Positions 36,401 to 47,750 of a stretch of 64,000 nucleotides of DNA are shown piece by piece. Within the stretch, counting starts at the first letter, position 1. Every line of letters starts with the position of its first letter. This DNA comes from Marsupella aquatica (taxonomy: Eukaryota > Plantae > Marchantiophyta). The stretch lies in the NCBI GenBank assembly GCA_973895155.1, contig OZ316895.1, forward strand, positions 20,598,803-20,662,802, in the 5' to 3' direction. Position numbers and translations under genes: made by a program. The notes beneath the pieces are model-generated. The model was not told the origin of the DNA, made no database searches, and saw only the letters and a program-made list of their open reading frames with translations.

Positions 36401-37039
36401 TCAATCTTTTATTAGAAAAAACGTCCAGCCTCAACAAGACTAGCGAAAGCAATCCGTTGCCAGTTTTTGTAGCTGCAATTGACTTCAATAAATTATCTAG
36501 TGTATGATTCTGCTGGAGCGGTTTTTAGGCAAGATCACGGTTCACAGTCTCTAGGACAAGATTTTTGGTTGTCGTCCGTCCTTTAACTTAGAAGAAATTA
36601 AAAATTCATGTCAACGAGAAAGCTTGAAAGAACTACAACTGCTGGTACGTCAACTTGCAAGTAGATATTGTACCTCTAAAGTAAACCCTTGGGCAAAAAT
36701 ATTCGTGCCACTTGATAGGTGCAGCTACCACCGGAATAATGTGTCGTCTGAAACTGTCTCCGCTCACCCCTACAAGTTATTTCGATTCATCCATGAATCA
36801 AGGAAAGACTTGATCGGGTCCTTGCATTGGAAAAATCCCTCATGAGGCAGTTGTTGGGACCCCAGTCCCTTGGAATCCCTGCACATGTGCATCCCTTGCT
36901 GTGTCACGATTACTTCCAAGTCGACCCTTGGGTTAATCATTGAAGTTTCATTTCCTAAGGATTTTGGCGAGCTCCGAGTCCTGATTTTGGCAAGCTGCAA
37001 CAAGTAGACTGCCTAGGCACGATGGTGTAATGCTTGCAA

Positions 37040-37436
37040 CAACGAAGTTAAAAGGGGGGAGGGGGGGGAGGGGGGAGGGGGATTGGGGATGGGGGGTAGG
37101 GGGTGCTGGGGTGGAACTGGGAAGTAACCAGCAGGGGATACAAAGGGGTTGCTGTAACAGGGCACCATGCCTTTTGTTTCATATGGGTTACTCATGAGAG
37201 TTACCAGGATTTTGAGTTTAGTGTTGAGTGGGGCTTTTGTTCCTTTGCCATAGTGTGGGACTTTTGAAAGTTTTGGCTCTTTGTTCTTCCTTGGGTTTAT
37301 CCCTTGTTATCCCCACTTACAAGTCTCCTGCGGTTGAGATCTTGCCTCCTGGTTAGGGACCCCCATGGGAAGCTCCTTCAAAATCTCTGGTGCCCCGTTG
37401 AGCCACATCATCAAGTTCAGTCACAAACAAAAACAA
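37040..37436 (+). mobile_element. Probable 3' end of a LINE-like element with a G-tract head and A-rich tail
   Basis: G-run cluster, GT-rich body and terminal CATCATCAAGTTCAGTCACAAACAAAAACAA; organisation similar to the LINE tail at ~63400-63657. Confidence 0.4.
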
Positions 37437-37744
37437 TGACGTTCTCTAAAGAAACAAACAGAACTATTTGTGTTTGATGCAAGGCAAGGACAAACAGTTA
37501 TACTCAGTAAAGTAAAAAGATTAAAAATTAGAAAGTAAACTTTAGAACAACAAAACATAAAACATAGTTACCATTTTGATATCTCTTCAGTGATATATCA
37601 GTGTTTCACATTAAAATACTTGTATTATTTTAAATTGCAAGTTTTTGAAAAAACCAACTAACAAAAATCTTGACAAACATATAAATAGTTAGGAACTCTT
37701 GGGTTTCACAGTGTAACACAAAGTAAATAATCAATCTTCTTAGT

Positions 37745-38712
37745 ACTTGATGAAATTTGTCAATGGTAGATTCATTGGAAAGCTACTAAGAGAAATTTAG
37801 AAACTCATCACTACTTGATAATATCTCCCACTGTCACAGTCACTGAAAAGCTAGGTAAATTAGAAATTTATTATCTGCTCAGTAGACAAAATCTATAAAT
37901 GTTAAGTTAGTTGCAAAGCTAGAGGAATTCAAAAACTCAAATCTCTTTGGTACTTGACAAAATCTATCAACCTTACGTTCATTGGAAAGCTCTCTCCTCT
38001 CTGTGCCACCCCCTCCCCTTAGGCGGTCCGGTTGGGATGGTCCCTCCTTCATTTCTCTAGGTGTGCTCCCTCTCTCAGCTGACCTATTTTGTTCCTTTTT
38101 CATGTATCCTCCTCTCATACAGGCTCTTGCAATATGTTGCCCATTTTTGGAAATTCATAAAAGTGTATTTGATTCCAATTAAAAAAAATGAAATGAAATA
38201 ATGGAGGAGATGATACAATATTCTATACAAAAAAATTAATTAAATCTATCAACGTTAGGCTCATTGGAAAGCTAGAGAATTTTAAAAACTCGTGACCTCT
38301 TTAGTACAGATTTGACAAAAACTCTCAATGTCACACTTTAGAAAACTAGAGAGATTTGTGACATCCTTAGTACTTACTTGACAAAATCTGACATAAAATT
38401 TGTCAATCTCAGACTCAATGTTGAAAAGCTAGAAGAATTCATGAACTCATGATCTTTATAGGAATTGACAAAATCTCTGTAGGTCACACTCATGGGAAAG
38501 GCAAACATTTTCATAAACTCATTTGGTACTTGACAAAATCTGCCAACGTCAGACTTAGTGGAAACCTAGAAAATTTGATATAGTCATGATCTCCTTTAGT
38601 GGAAGCCTAGAAAATTTTGATAAACTCATGATCTCCTTGGTACTGAACTGAAACTACTAATGTGATGCTCACTGAAAACCAAAAAAAATTCAGTAAATCA
38701 TGATCTCTTTAA
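37745..38712 (+). repeat. Degenerate ~65-70-bp minisatellite, about a dozen copies, interrupted at ~37992-38240
   Basis: Recurring CTTGACAAAATCT.TCAA.GTCA.ACTCA.TGGAAAGCTAGA..ATT...AAACTCATGATCTCTTT.GTA. Confidence 0.8.
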
Positions 38713-40407
38713 TTTCTTACTTATCTTGCAATGAAACCTTTTGTGCTAAACACTTACAAGCATTTTAGAAAATCAAAACTTTGAGAATGAGTCTAACATT
38801 GGCAGATTTTGTTACTACCAACAAGATTGTGGGCTACAACCCATTTGGTTTTCATGAGTTTGATAAATGGGTTGAGGGCCATTTGGACTCAAACTTCAAA
38901 GTGAACTACTGTAAAATGTTGCTAAGAGGAATGAAAACTGGAGATGACACTCCCCGTATTGGAATATTTAGATTGGGTTCATAATTAGACAATGACTTGG
39001 AGACAAGTAGGAGATAAACACAGGGATAAATAATGAATTGCAATGTAAAATTGATCCAAAATTGAAGTTGATCTAGACAATAGGTTCAATGATCATGAAG
39101 GTACAAGCAATTCAAAATATGGGGAAGCAAGATGAACACTAATATAGAGATCCAAATTCCTTCATCTTCCAAGCTGCTCCATGATCCACATGTTTTGTTC
39201 ATATAATCATAGGTGATCATGTATAGGACTCATGACACAAGGCACATTTATATTTGATACAACACTTAAAAATATTTCCAAGTGCTTATCTCTCATGGAA
39301 TCTAAGAATAGCTACAGGGAGACCGGGTCCACAAACTAATTTGGTGTTTTCTAGTTTTTGATTGCTATATATGATTTGTAAAAGGGGGTCAAGTTTGGAC
39401 AAGTGAGACTCCAATAATAACTCCTTAGTATTCCAAGAGAACACATGTGAACCTTGATGCAAAAAAATGTAGGATTGAACCAAACAGTTTATGAAAAATA
39501 TTGACATATTTTTTAAAAAGGTAAGAGGTGCGGCATGAATCAAGCAAACCCGAATCTTCACTTGTTATCGGCCTACCCTAACTTTCACAAAAACTACATG
39601 GCATTGGATACACCAATGTCTTCAATCTCATATGTGCAATCATATTGTGAGGTCTTCAGGTTGGGTCTCCAACTAAAACCCCCTTTAGTTGCCCACTTGG
39701 CTAGGGAGTTACAAGTCTAGCAAACCCCCACCAGCCTTGCTGAGCCTCAAAATTTCTTTTTCCATGTGAAAGAAGAGTGTTGGTGGTTATGCTTGCTAAA
39801 CCATGGCTGTAGCCCCCTCGGATATTACAGCCCACAACTCCAAGCCAGGGGTTATGCTACACTTATTGTTCTTAGATTGACCATTCATTTTTCCTTGGTT
39901 GTCTTTGCTGCTGATGTTCAAGGGTTTTGGGTCTGGGTTGTTCTGTTTGTGCTAGTAAGGCCTCTTATGCAGAACTTCATGCAGACAAGTGTCTGCTGGC
40001 TGCACCTTTGCAGCAGTTTCCCAAGTGATAACTTGACCGTGAATCAAGCAGTGAATAAAGGTTTTTTAGTTCTGTAGTCACCAAAAAATCCAAATTTTCA
40101 TAGCAATATTCATATAAAAGTATAACATCTTGTTAAATAATGGGTGGTCACTACATGGAGGGTCATATATCACTGGGAACGGTTTGTGTTATTTATGGCC
40201 CCCTAAAGTTGTACGGCATGAATCATATGATGATGTACGACAATTTTCAATCTCAAAACTCTTTCTTTTCAGAATTTTCTTGAAAGTCTTACTCAAAATT
40301 ATTTTTAAAACCCAGTACTTTGTCACACTTTATGGGTCATTTCCATGCAAGTGACTCCCCAAGATTAATAACTTTCAAAAGGAAGTTGATGCTCTCGGGG
40401 GTCTCAC

Positions 40408-40670
40408 TGTATGGATGCCTCCCCATCACCTGCCATGTTTTTAGGTCTCAGACCACCTAAAATGTAAAAAATATTATTTTTCAACCCCTATAAACTTGGA
40501 ATATTCCAGAATTTAATTATAAAGACACTAATGTTCTTATAAGTCTCAAAATTTGATTTAAAAGATCCTATTGTTCTTTTCAGAAAAATTTTAAGTCTTC
40601 CCTTTGAACCAATAAAATGACCCTATTCTTCATCACACATGATGTGCCATTTTGTAAAAATGAAACCCCC
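40408..40670 (+). repeat. Dispersed repeat; internally deleted copy at ~49865-50012
   Basis: CCTCCCCATCACCTGC, CCCCTATAAA.TTGGAATATTCC and GAACCAATAAAATGACCCTATT appear in the same order at both loci. Confidence 0.75.
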
Positions 40671-41940
40671 GAGTTGATGCTTGATCAGACAGACTACTTT
40701 ATGTGCCAACTTGGAAAAGTTGGAAAAATCCTTGCATATTATGTAATCTTTTGAGCACTCAGATCATTCTAAACTCATACTATCAAAAATGTCACCTTGG
40801 AGTTAAACTCCATAACAGAACCATCAGTAACATGATGTGTCCTTGTGTCAAATTTAATGTTCCAGCTGAGAGAGAATTGGGAGTATGATCGGAGCCTGTT
40901 CAGCCAAATCTGCTGTGCACATTATGAGGCCAGTCTAACGGATGCCTGACAAAGTAAAGTAAAATTCAGAAAAACACAACTAGTCACAAATTGCAAATGT
41001 AATTGAGAATATTTTCTAAAGTTTAGAAACTGAAGTTTTGATAGTCCACAATGTTTGACAATATGCTTGAATGGATGGCTCCAACTCGAATAGACCTTTT
41101 GTTTGTTTGAATCCTAGTCTTTTTGTATGTCAAAAAGTGCTTGCATGATCTATTGGAGTCAAATGATTTGGTCCATATATCTGAGCATCAACTTCATGAG
41201 TGACTTTGGCAATATTTAAGTCAGGAAGTTACTCCATAAATTTTGAGATTTGGATGGACACACTCAAACCCATTTATATAGAGAGAGCTCAGACAATTGG
41301 CAGAGGTAATATTGGACAAACTGGGTACTGGTTTCTTAGGAGATTTCATTCAACTTTCCACCCGCTATTCAAAAATAGGACTTTCTACAGATTTCACTCT
41401 ATTTGGTGGTGCGGCGGTGTGAATGTTTAGGAGGTTGGAGTGATTTTTGTTACTTTGCTATGTGAATTTTATTATAGCACTATCCAGGAGAAAAAAATTC
41501 CCCACCAAATGACAGGATACCAAAGGCGCACAACCTTCCGCTTTTGCTATCAACATAATTCCCTTGAGCCAAACTAAGTTTCAGTCCTAGTCAGTCAACT
41601 TTGTAACCGAGCCAAAGTACTACAATTTGCAGAATATATAGAAATCAAAATGACATGAACTAGAACCATTCTCCTATATAGAAGAACCATATGGCAAAGG
41701 GACTAATGGCATTATAACCCTTAGGTGCTATTCTTTGTAGGGCAGCCACAGTTGGCTTTAGGACCTCTAGTCAAATTTCATGTGTTTTTCTCTGGAACTC
41801 TACCAAGTTTTTCAGTTTGTTATTCACTAGAGCTTCCCTTCTGTTGGGGTTGTTGGGAGTCCTGAGCTTCTTGGCCCATTGGCCTTCTTGGGTTTCCTTG
41901 TTTTTACTCTTTATTGAATCTCCTGCTTTTCTGTTGGTAT

Positions 41941-42224
41941 TGTTGAGCATAGACGACATTCGCAACGGCAAGCCCATAAACCATCCAACGCACAATAGTC
42001 GACACAGAGATATATGTGGTTCACCTCCACATGAGGCTACGTCCACGGGAACACTCCCTATCTCTCAACTAGCTCCGTAACAATGAGCCTAAGTTTCACC
42101 AGGGTTTGGCATCAACCCTGGATATATGCACAACAGCACCACCACTAACATTAGTTAAGTCCTAACCCGAGTTAGTCTAACTGAGGTTAGCTCATGAATC
42201 ACAAGACTAGAGCAATATCTAACA
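41941..42224 (-). mobile_element. Solo copia-type LTR
   Basis: Minus strand TGTTAG...CTCAACA. Shares TGCGTTGGATG...ATGGGCTTGCCGTTG.GAATGTC.TCT with the LTR at 58562-58903. Flanks GGTAT/AATAT could be a decayed 5-bp TSD. Confidence 0.8.
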
Positions 42225-43189
42225 AATATGATACCATTTATTATTTGACATTGTTATATTTATTGAGGTGCTGAAGGCAATGGCTAGTAAAAGCTCATAA
42301 CTTGTGCATGGGCAAGGAGAAAGAGTAACAAAACACAAGCAAAACAGTCTAACAATAGTAATTAATGTTATGAGTGTGTAATTTAATGCATGGGTTTCTG
42401 AACAACTTTTCAAACCATTGTATGAGTCCTGGTAAATGCACATCAAAATATTATATATATGGTATACAACATCACTCCCTATCATGATAAATGTCATTAT
42501 TTTCTTAAAATTAGTGAATGCACACCTTATATTGCCATAAATTTTATGTGTGATTAGAGACAGGGCATTGTATGTATATTGGAGTTGAATGACTAAAGGG
42601 TGTTTCACAGCTGAGTATTTGATGGACCTGTCTTCCCTGGTTACCTGTTAAGGACACAAAAACTTGTGGACCATAGAATTCTTAGTCTGTAACTTTTTGC
42701 CATAAGGATTGGTTGTATGTCATTATCATTAGTCACTCTAGAGGCTGGTGAAAGTAAAACAAATAAAAACTTTTACATAATCTTATGAAAAAATTATGAC
42801 CATTTATTTATGGGCTAATGCCATCATAAGTAATTTCTCAGCTTTGAGATACTCAGATACCCTAATAATATATATTGCACTCCCAAAGAACTAAAAACAA
42901 ATATGCCATTTAGAGATAAAAGATCCAAAGACACGAGACTAAGGGGGAGAAAACAAGGTAAAATTCGTTCCGAGACAAAGAAAAGTTCAATCGCGGCCCT
43001 CATTCATCGTGGGCAGCAGGAATGTGACTGAGAAAAATCCGATAATAACTGTTCGGAAATAATACTCACATTCGTGACTTGACAAAGAAAAGGGTCGTTC
43101 AAATGCGGCGCGCATTCATTCTGGGCAGCGGGAAATTACACAAACGACAGAAACAAGTTCAAACGCAGCCGAGCGTGGCAGGACAGACC

Positions 43190-43430
43190 TCGGGCAGAGG
43201 ATCAGAACGGACCAGGAAAGAAAATCCTGGTCGGGCAGCGGATCGGAACAGAAGATCTCGTCCGGGCAGTAGGGCAGACAGTCGACGGGCAGACACCGGG
43301 CAGCAGATCAGAACGGGCCAGGGAAGAAGATCCCGGCCGGGCAGGCGCGGGCAGGGAAGCGCAGCGCAGACCCCGGGCACCGGATCAGAACGGGCCAGAG
43401 GAGAAGATCCCGGCCGGGCAGACGGCAGAA
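43190..43430. repeat. GC/CpG-rich imperfect repeats (~45 bp, 3-4 copies)
   Basis: GATCAGAACGG.CCAG....GAAGATCCCGGCCGGGCAG-like units at ~43200, 43240, 43306 and 43383. Confidence 0.8.
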
Positions 43431-44066
43431 CAGCCCATGGAAAACTGCGGGGCAGTACACTCTGCAGGACTGTTGTATGTACAGTTGCGGATCCAAAGCG
43501 ATGGATCAAGGAGCGATGGGGACAAGAGTGCGATGGAGACAAGAGTCCCTGGGCCGTCGCTAATGACTGCTGACTAAGGACGAGGACGCTAGATCTGCCA
43601 TTTGTCCAGATGGACTGATGGAGGGGAAGAAGACTCTTCTATGGAGGGCACCTGCTGCTTCTCCTAATGATTATTGTGGAGAAGACGAAGGGCTAACCTG
43701 GGGCACCTTTATTATTCTTAATATTATATTATTTAGTATTGCACTCTCTCTATTTACAGTGAGGCTATATATTCGAGGTAAGTGAATGTAAGCAGAGTGT
43801 CTGACACTATATATTTCACACTCCCAAAAAACAAAGGACGCCCAACTAGTATGGTATGACACTAATGTGGTCACAAGTATAATAATGCCACTCATACTTA
43901 AGTTAAGAAAACATTTTGGACAAAGTTTACTTATAAAACAATAAACAATGTGCACAATATTTATTACAATTTACAAAATTTACATATATTGCTCATACAT
44001 TGAGTAAACTTCAGAAATTTATAACCTTATTACACAGCACAAAATTGCAGTATGGGGTACCCAACC

Positions 44067-44372
44067 ACACTGAGCAAACAAGATCTCTTTGATTCACTTC
44101 TATCAACTATGAATAACACATGCTCTCTCTCACAAGCTACAAACTAACATCCTATTCACTCTCCTAAAAGGAACACATTGAGCAAACAAGACCCCTTTGA
44201 TTCACTTCTATCAACTATGAATAACACTCCCACACAAGCTACAACTAACATCCTATTCACTCTCCTAAAAGGAACACATTGAGCAAACAAGATCCCTTTG
44301 ATTCACTTCTATCAACTATGAATAACACTCCCACACAAGCTACAACTAACATCCTATTCACTCTCCTGAAAA
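44067..44372 (+). repeat. ~101-bp tandem repeat, 3 copies
   Basis: TGAGCAAACAAGA.C.CTTTGATTCACTTCTATCAACTATGAATAACAC...CACAAGCTACAACTAACATCCTATTCACTCTCCT x3. Confidence 0.93.
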
Positions 44373-46299
44373 GAAAAATCAAAGGTCAATCAGTACTAAT
44401 TGCAGAAATGTGCAAACATTCACAAAAGATAGCAGACTTTGTAAATTTTTACATTCGTGGATCCTTAATAATAGTGGGCAATGCTGGACTTGTTGGAAAG
44501 CACATAGATCTCAAGGAGCTTCTAATAGTGTCACGATAGACAGCTATCATCCAGCAATCAACGAGAATCAAGATCAATCATCACTGATTGAAAACAAATG
44601 TGTAAACTTTCACACAAAACAGTTGACTTTGGAAATTTCTCCATATATTGATCCGTCTCAAGTAATAGAATTAAACAATTTTTTGTTTGTCGTGGATACA
44701 ATAAAGATTTAACTAACCTTGGTGAAAATAGGTGATGGTGGGCGCGTTGTAAAGCACATCTCAAAACCCTTCTAATGGTAAATGGATTGAGAGTTCTCCT
44801 AACAATGAGACGTAAGTACAGAATGAACTTTTCACATACACTAAAAAATGTTTTTTGGGTCTTAGAGTGCAGAGAGGATAGGCAAAAGGAGATGCAGATT
44901 ACATTACCAGTGACATTTTGACATAGGCTTCATTCTTGTTCCCTTGCTCTAGCAAATCCAGCTAAGATGGGTGATCCAGATCCCGCCATGTTATCAATTT
45001 GTCAACCTTTCACTAAGACTGATGAGCTAAAACACAAGGAAACTTTTCTACCAACATACACTCAAAGAAATATTGTTGGTAGTTTGGATAACTTTGGAGT
45101 GAGTCCAGTATAGGGTTACCACCAATAACACCATCATCTCTACTGTAATTATCAATATTTTCAATATATTAATTTATTTATTTCAAGTTGGGGGTGAAAT
45201 TAAATAGTGCCACCTGGCAGAAAATCAAGGGCAATCCATAATAAGTGTCTGTTACACTAATTGTTAGTGACACTAAATACTGTAAAGAGTATACCTCCTG
45301 GCCAACAAAGAAACAATTTTTTTATATAAATCACATGCCAAAACAAACCAGGGGTGTGACCAAGAGGTTTTGGCCACAAGGGCTGAACGAAGCTACATGA
45401 CTACTGCATTGTTCACCTTAAGTGGTGTTATTTGAGAATTAGCTTTATCACCAAAATTAGTGTTACACTAATTTTGGTGAAAGTGATCAAGTATGCTCGA
45501 TGCCATTTTCCAATTATTTTTGCAAAAGTGATAAGTATTTGGAATTGAGTTCAAGAGAAGCAGTGGAGCATGGAAGAGCAATCCCTTTATCTGTGAGGAT
45601 TGACTGGTGCCTTGCATTTATGCATTGTCTACTGATGCTCCAAAAGGAGTCAAACAGAAAGACACATACTAGGGACAAAACAAACCAAAACCCTAAGGAA
45701 GGTCAAAGAGCCAAAAAATATTGAGAGTCCCCAACCAAGAGCCCTCCACAATAAAAAAACAAAAACCTAAAAACCTACGTACTGGCAGAAATTGAAAGGT
45801 CTGGTAAAGCTCCAGGCTAAACAACATAGGACAATCACAAATATAAATTTGTTGAGAGGCCCTAAAACCAATAGACTTGACAAAACAAAACAAATAATGA
45901 AAACTTGAGCGCTCTGTAGTGCAAAAAACACTGGTTGTCTAAAGAGCTAGCTTTGTTCCAAAGTAATTTTTAGTGTTTGAGGAATATGTCACCTTACGTG
46001 AAGGAGACTATGCGAGCTTACCTAGATTCATTCTTGACTGTCAGATCTCAGTATAGTTGAGAATAACTGTTACATTCTAGGGGGTCTATTGGCTAGCTGG
46101 GAAACTAGCTACTGGAATACACTAACCCTAGGAATGCCCAAAGTATAAAGGCCTTTTTAGAAAGGTGGAATGTAGCAATATTTTGCCACTTAAACAAACA
46201 CTAGCATCTAACTCCTGCCGGAGAGGGAGACAAAGAATTGAATTTGCTCTTGCGTAATTAGTAAGATTGTGTTTTGGCCAGGGTGGCCACTGTTGCCTT

Positions 46300-47750
46300 A
46301 TATGAAGGAGAAAATGCTAAGAATATTTCTGCTCTAGTTTTAGTAGGTTAATTTATGGTTGTTGGGGATGTAGATTGTCAATTTTTGACTACTCCTTCAA
46401 TTTCTCTGTCAAGTTGTGTACCCTCACTTTCAAGTTCTCAATCTTCTGAAATGTTTCCTTGAGCTAGTCTTCTAGTCCCTCCTTCTCCTCATATGCGCTG
46501 TCAATGGCGTTTTTCCGACCCATAAGATTCCATTTTGTCCATTTGCTGCTTCTGAGAGTTGATGATGTTGTTCTTTTCCTTCAACGTGGGATCATCCATC
46601 TTGGCTTGCAACCCCTCAAGATTTGCAAGGTGTTTGGTCTCTACCCCCATCTCTACCTCTTTCAAGGTGTGATCAAATTGCCCCCTGATTTCCTCTTAAT
46701 GTTAAGTGGCCTCCTTGTTTTCAGCCAACAGCCACTCCAGGGCCTCCTTAATCCTAGTCATTGACAAGTCCCTGATGGACCTTGTACAGCGGCTTTATTG
46801 GATTCTAGCCGTTCGTTGAGCTACTCAATCTCTTTCAGTGTCTCGGCTAGCTCGTCTGACTTTGAGGCTAACTCCCTCTAACCTGAATGATGGTTTTCTC
46901 GCGTAGACGTTACATGTTTCTACCTGCTCACTTGCTAACTTTAGTTCCTGCCTCTTTCCTTACAACTCCTCATCACTGGTTGACCTCCCACTCTTTTACC
47001 TTCTACAACTTGGCTTCCCTCTTCCTAAGCCGCCTCAGCAACTCCTCCTTCAGCGGCTCCAAAGTTACATTCTCATCAAGTTGCATTTGATCTACAATGT
47101 CATTTTTATGAAAGGCCCCATCTCCAAGACACCAAACATTTTGCCAAACTCCATTGCCATTTCCATGCATAACTTGACTGCCTTGGTGAGACCAGCATCC
47201 CCCATTGCATCTTCTTGTCCCATGTTTCCTGGCCTATCTTGTAAAAGGGGTGGCTCGGCTCTTATTTCCTCAGGCTTGACGTACAAGTCTCTCTCCCATT
47301 CCTTGGTTCTTGCCTCAACCTCTGAATCCACTCTTTATTTTCCTGTTTGCCTTCCTTCCTGGCATTTACCTCCTGCACTGGTATGGCTAGCGGGAGAAAT
47401 TGAGCTAATTTGTGCATCTGGCCCTCTGGTCAGCTCTCCTTGAATTACTGCAGGAAGTTGCAGCAAAGTCCAAGGTCTGAACTCCAGGAATGGGAGGATA
47501 CTCCTCCGCATAGCCCTCCTTCTACCTTCTCAATGCTCCCCTGTTAGCAACAAGTAAACCCACATTGGGGAAGCTTTCAAACTGATTTTGTTCACCAGCT
47601 TTCTCATGATTAGACCAGATTTCTTCCCTTTGGCGTGAGCCTCCACTGGTTGGTTTCCGCTTCCACACCAGACCACAGCTTGGACTTTGGCTTTGATGAC
47701 TTTCCAGAATTCAAAGGCCAAATTAATCAAACTCCAGCTATTCCTCTGGT
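46300..47750 (-). mobile_element. Highly degraded retroelement ORF (gag-like?)
   Basis: Purine-rich minus strand with fragmented E/K-rich frames next to the LTR-associated dispersed repeat; no diagnostic motif recognised. Confidence 0.3.

Noticed and set aside
37745-38712. ~70-bp period suggesting LRR (24-aa) coding repeats or a CRISPR-like array
   Set aside because: Unit lengths vary, the frames I translated contain stops and show no LxxLxL pattern, and there is no constant-repeat/unique-spacer structure or cas gene.
43079-43573. 164-aa Arg/Gly-rich ORF and overlapping minus-strand ORFs
   Set aside because: Explained by GC-rich repeats lacking stop codons; non-ATG start; no domain.
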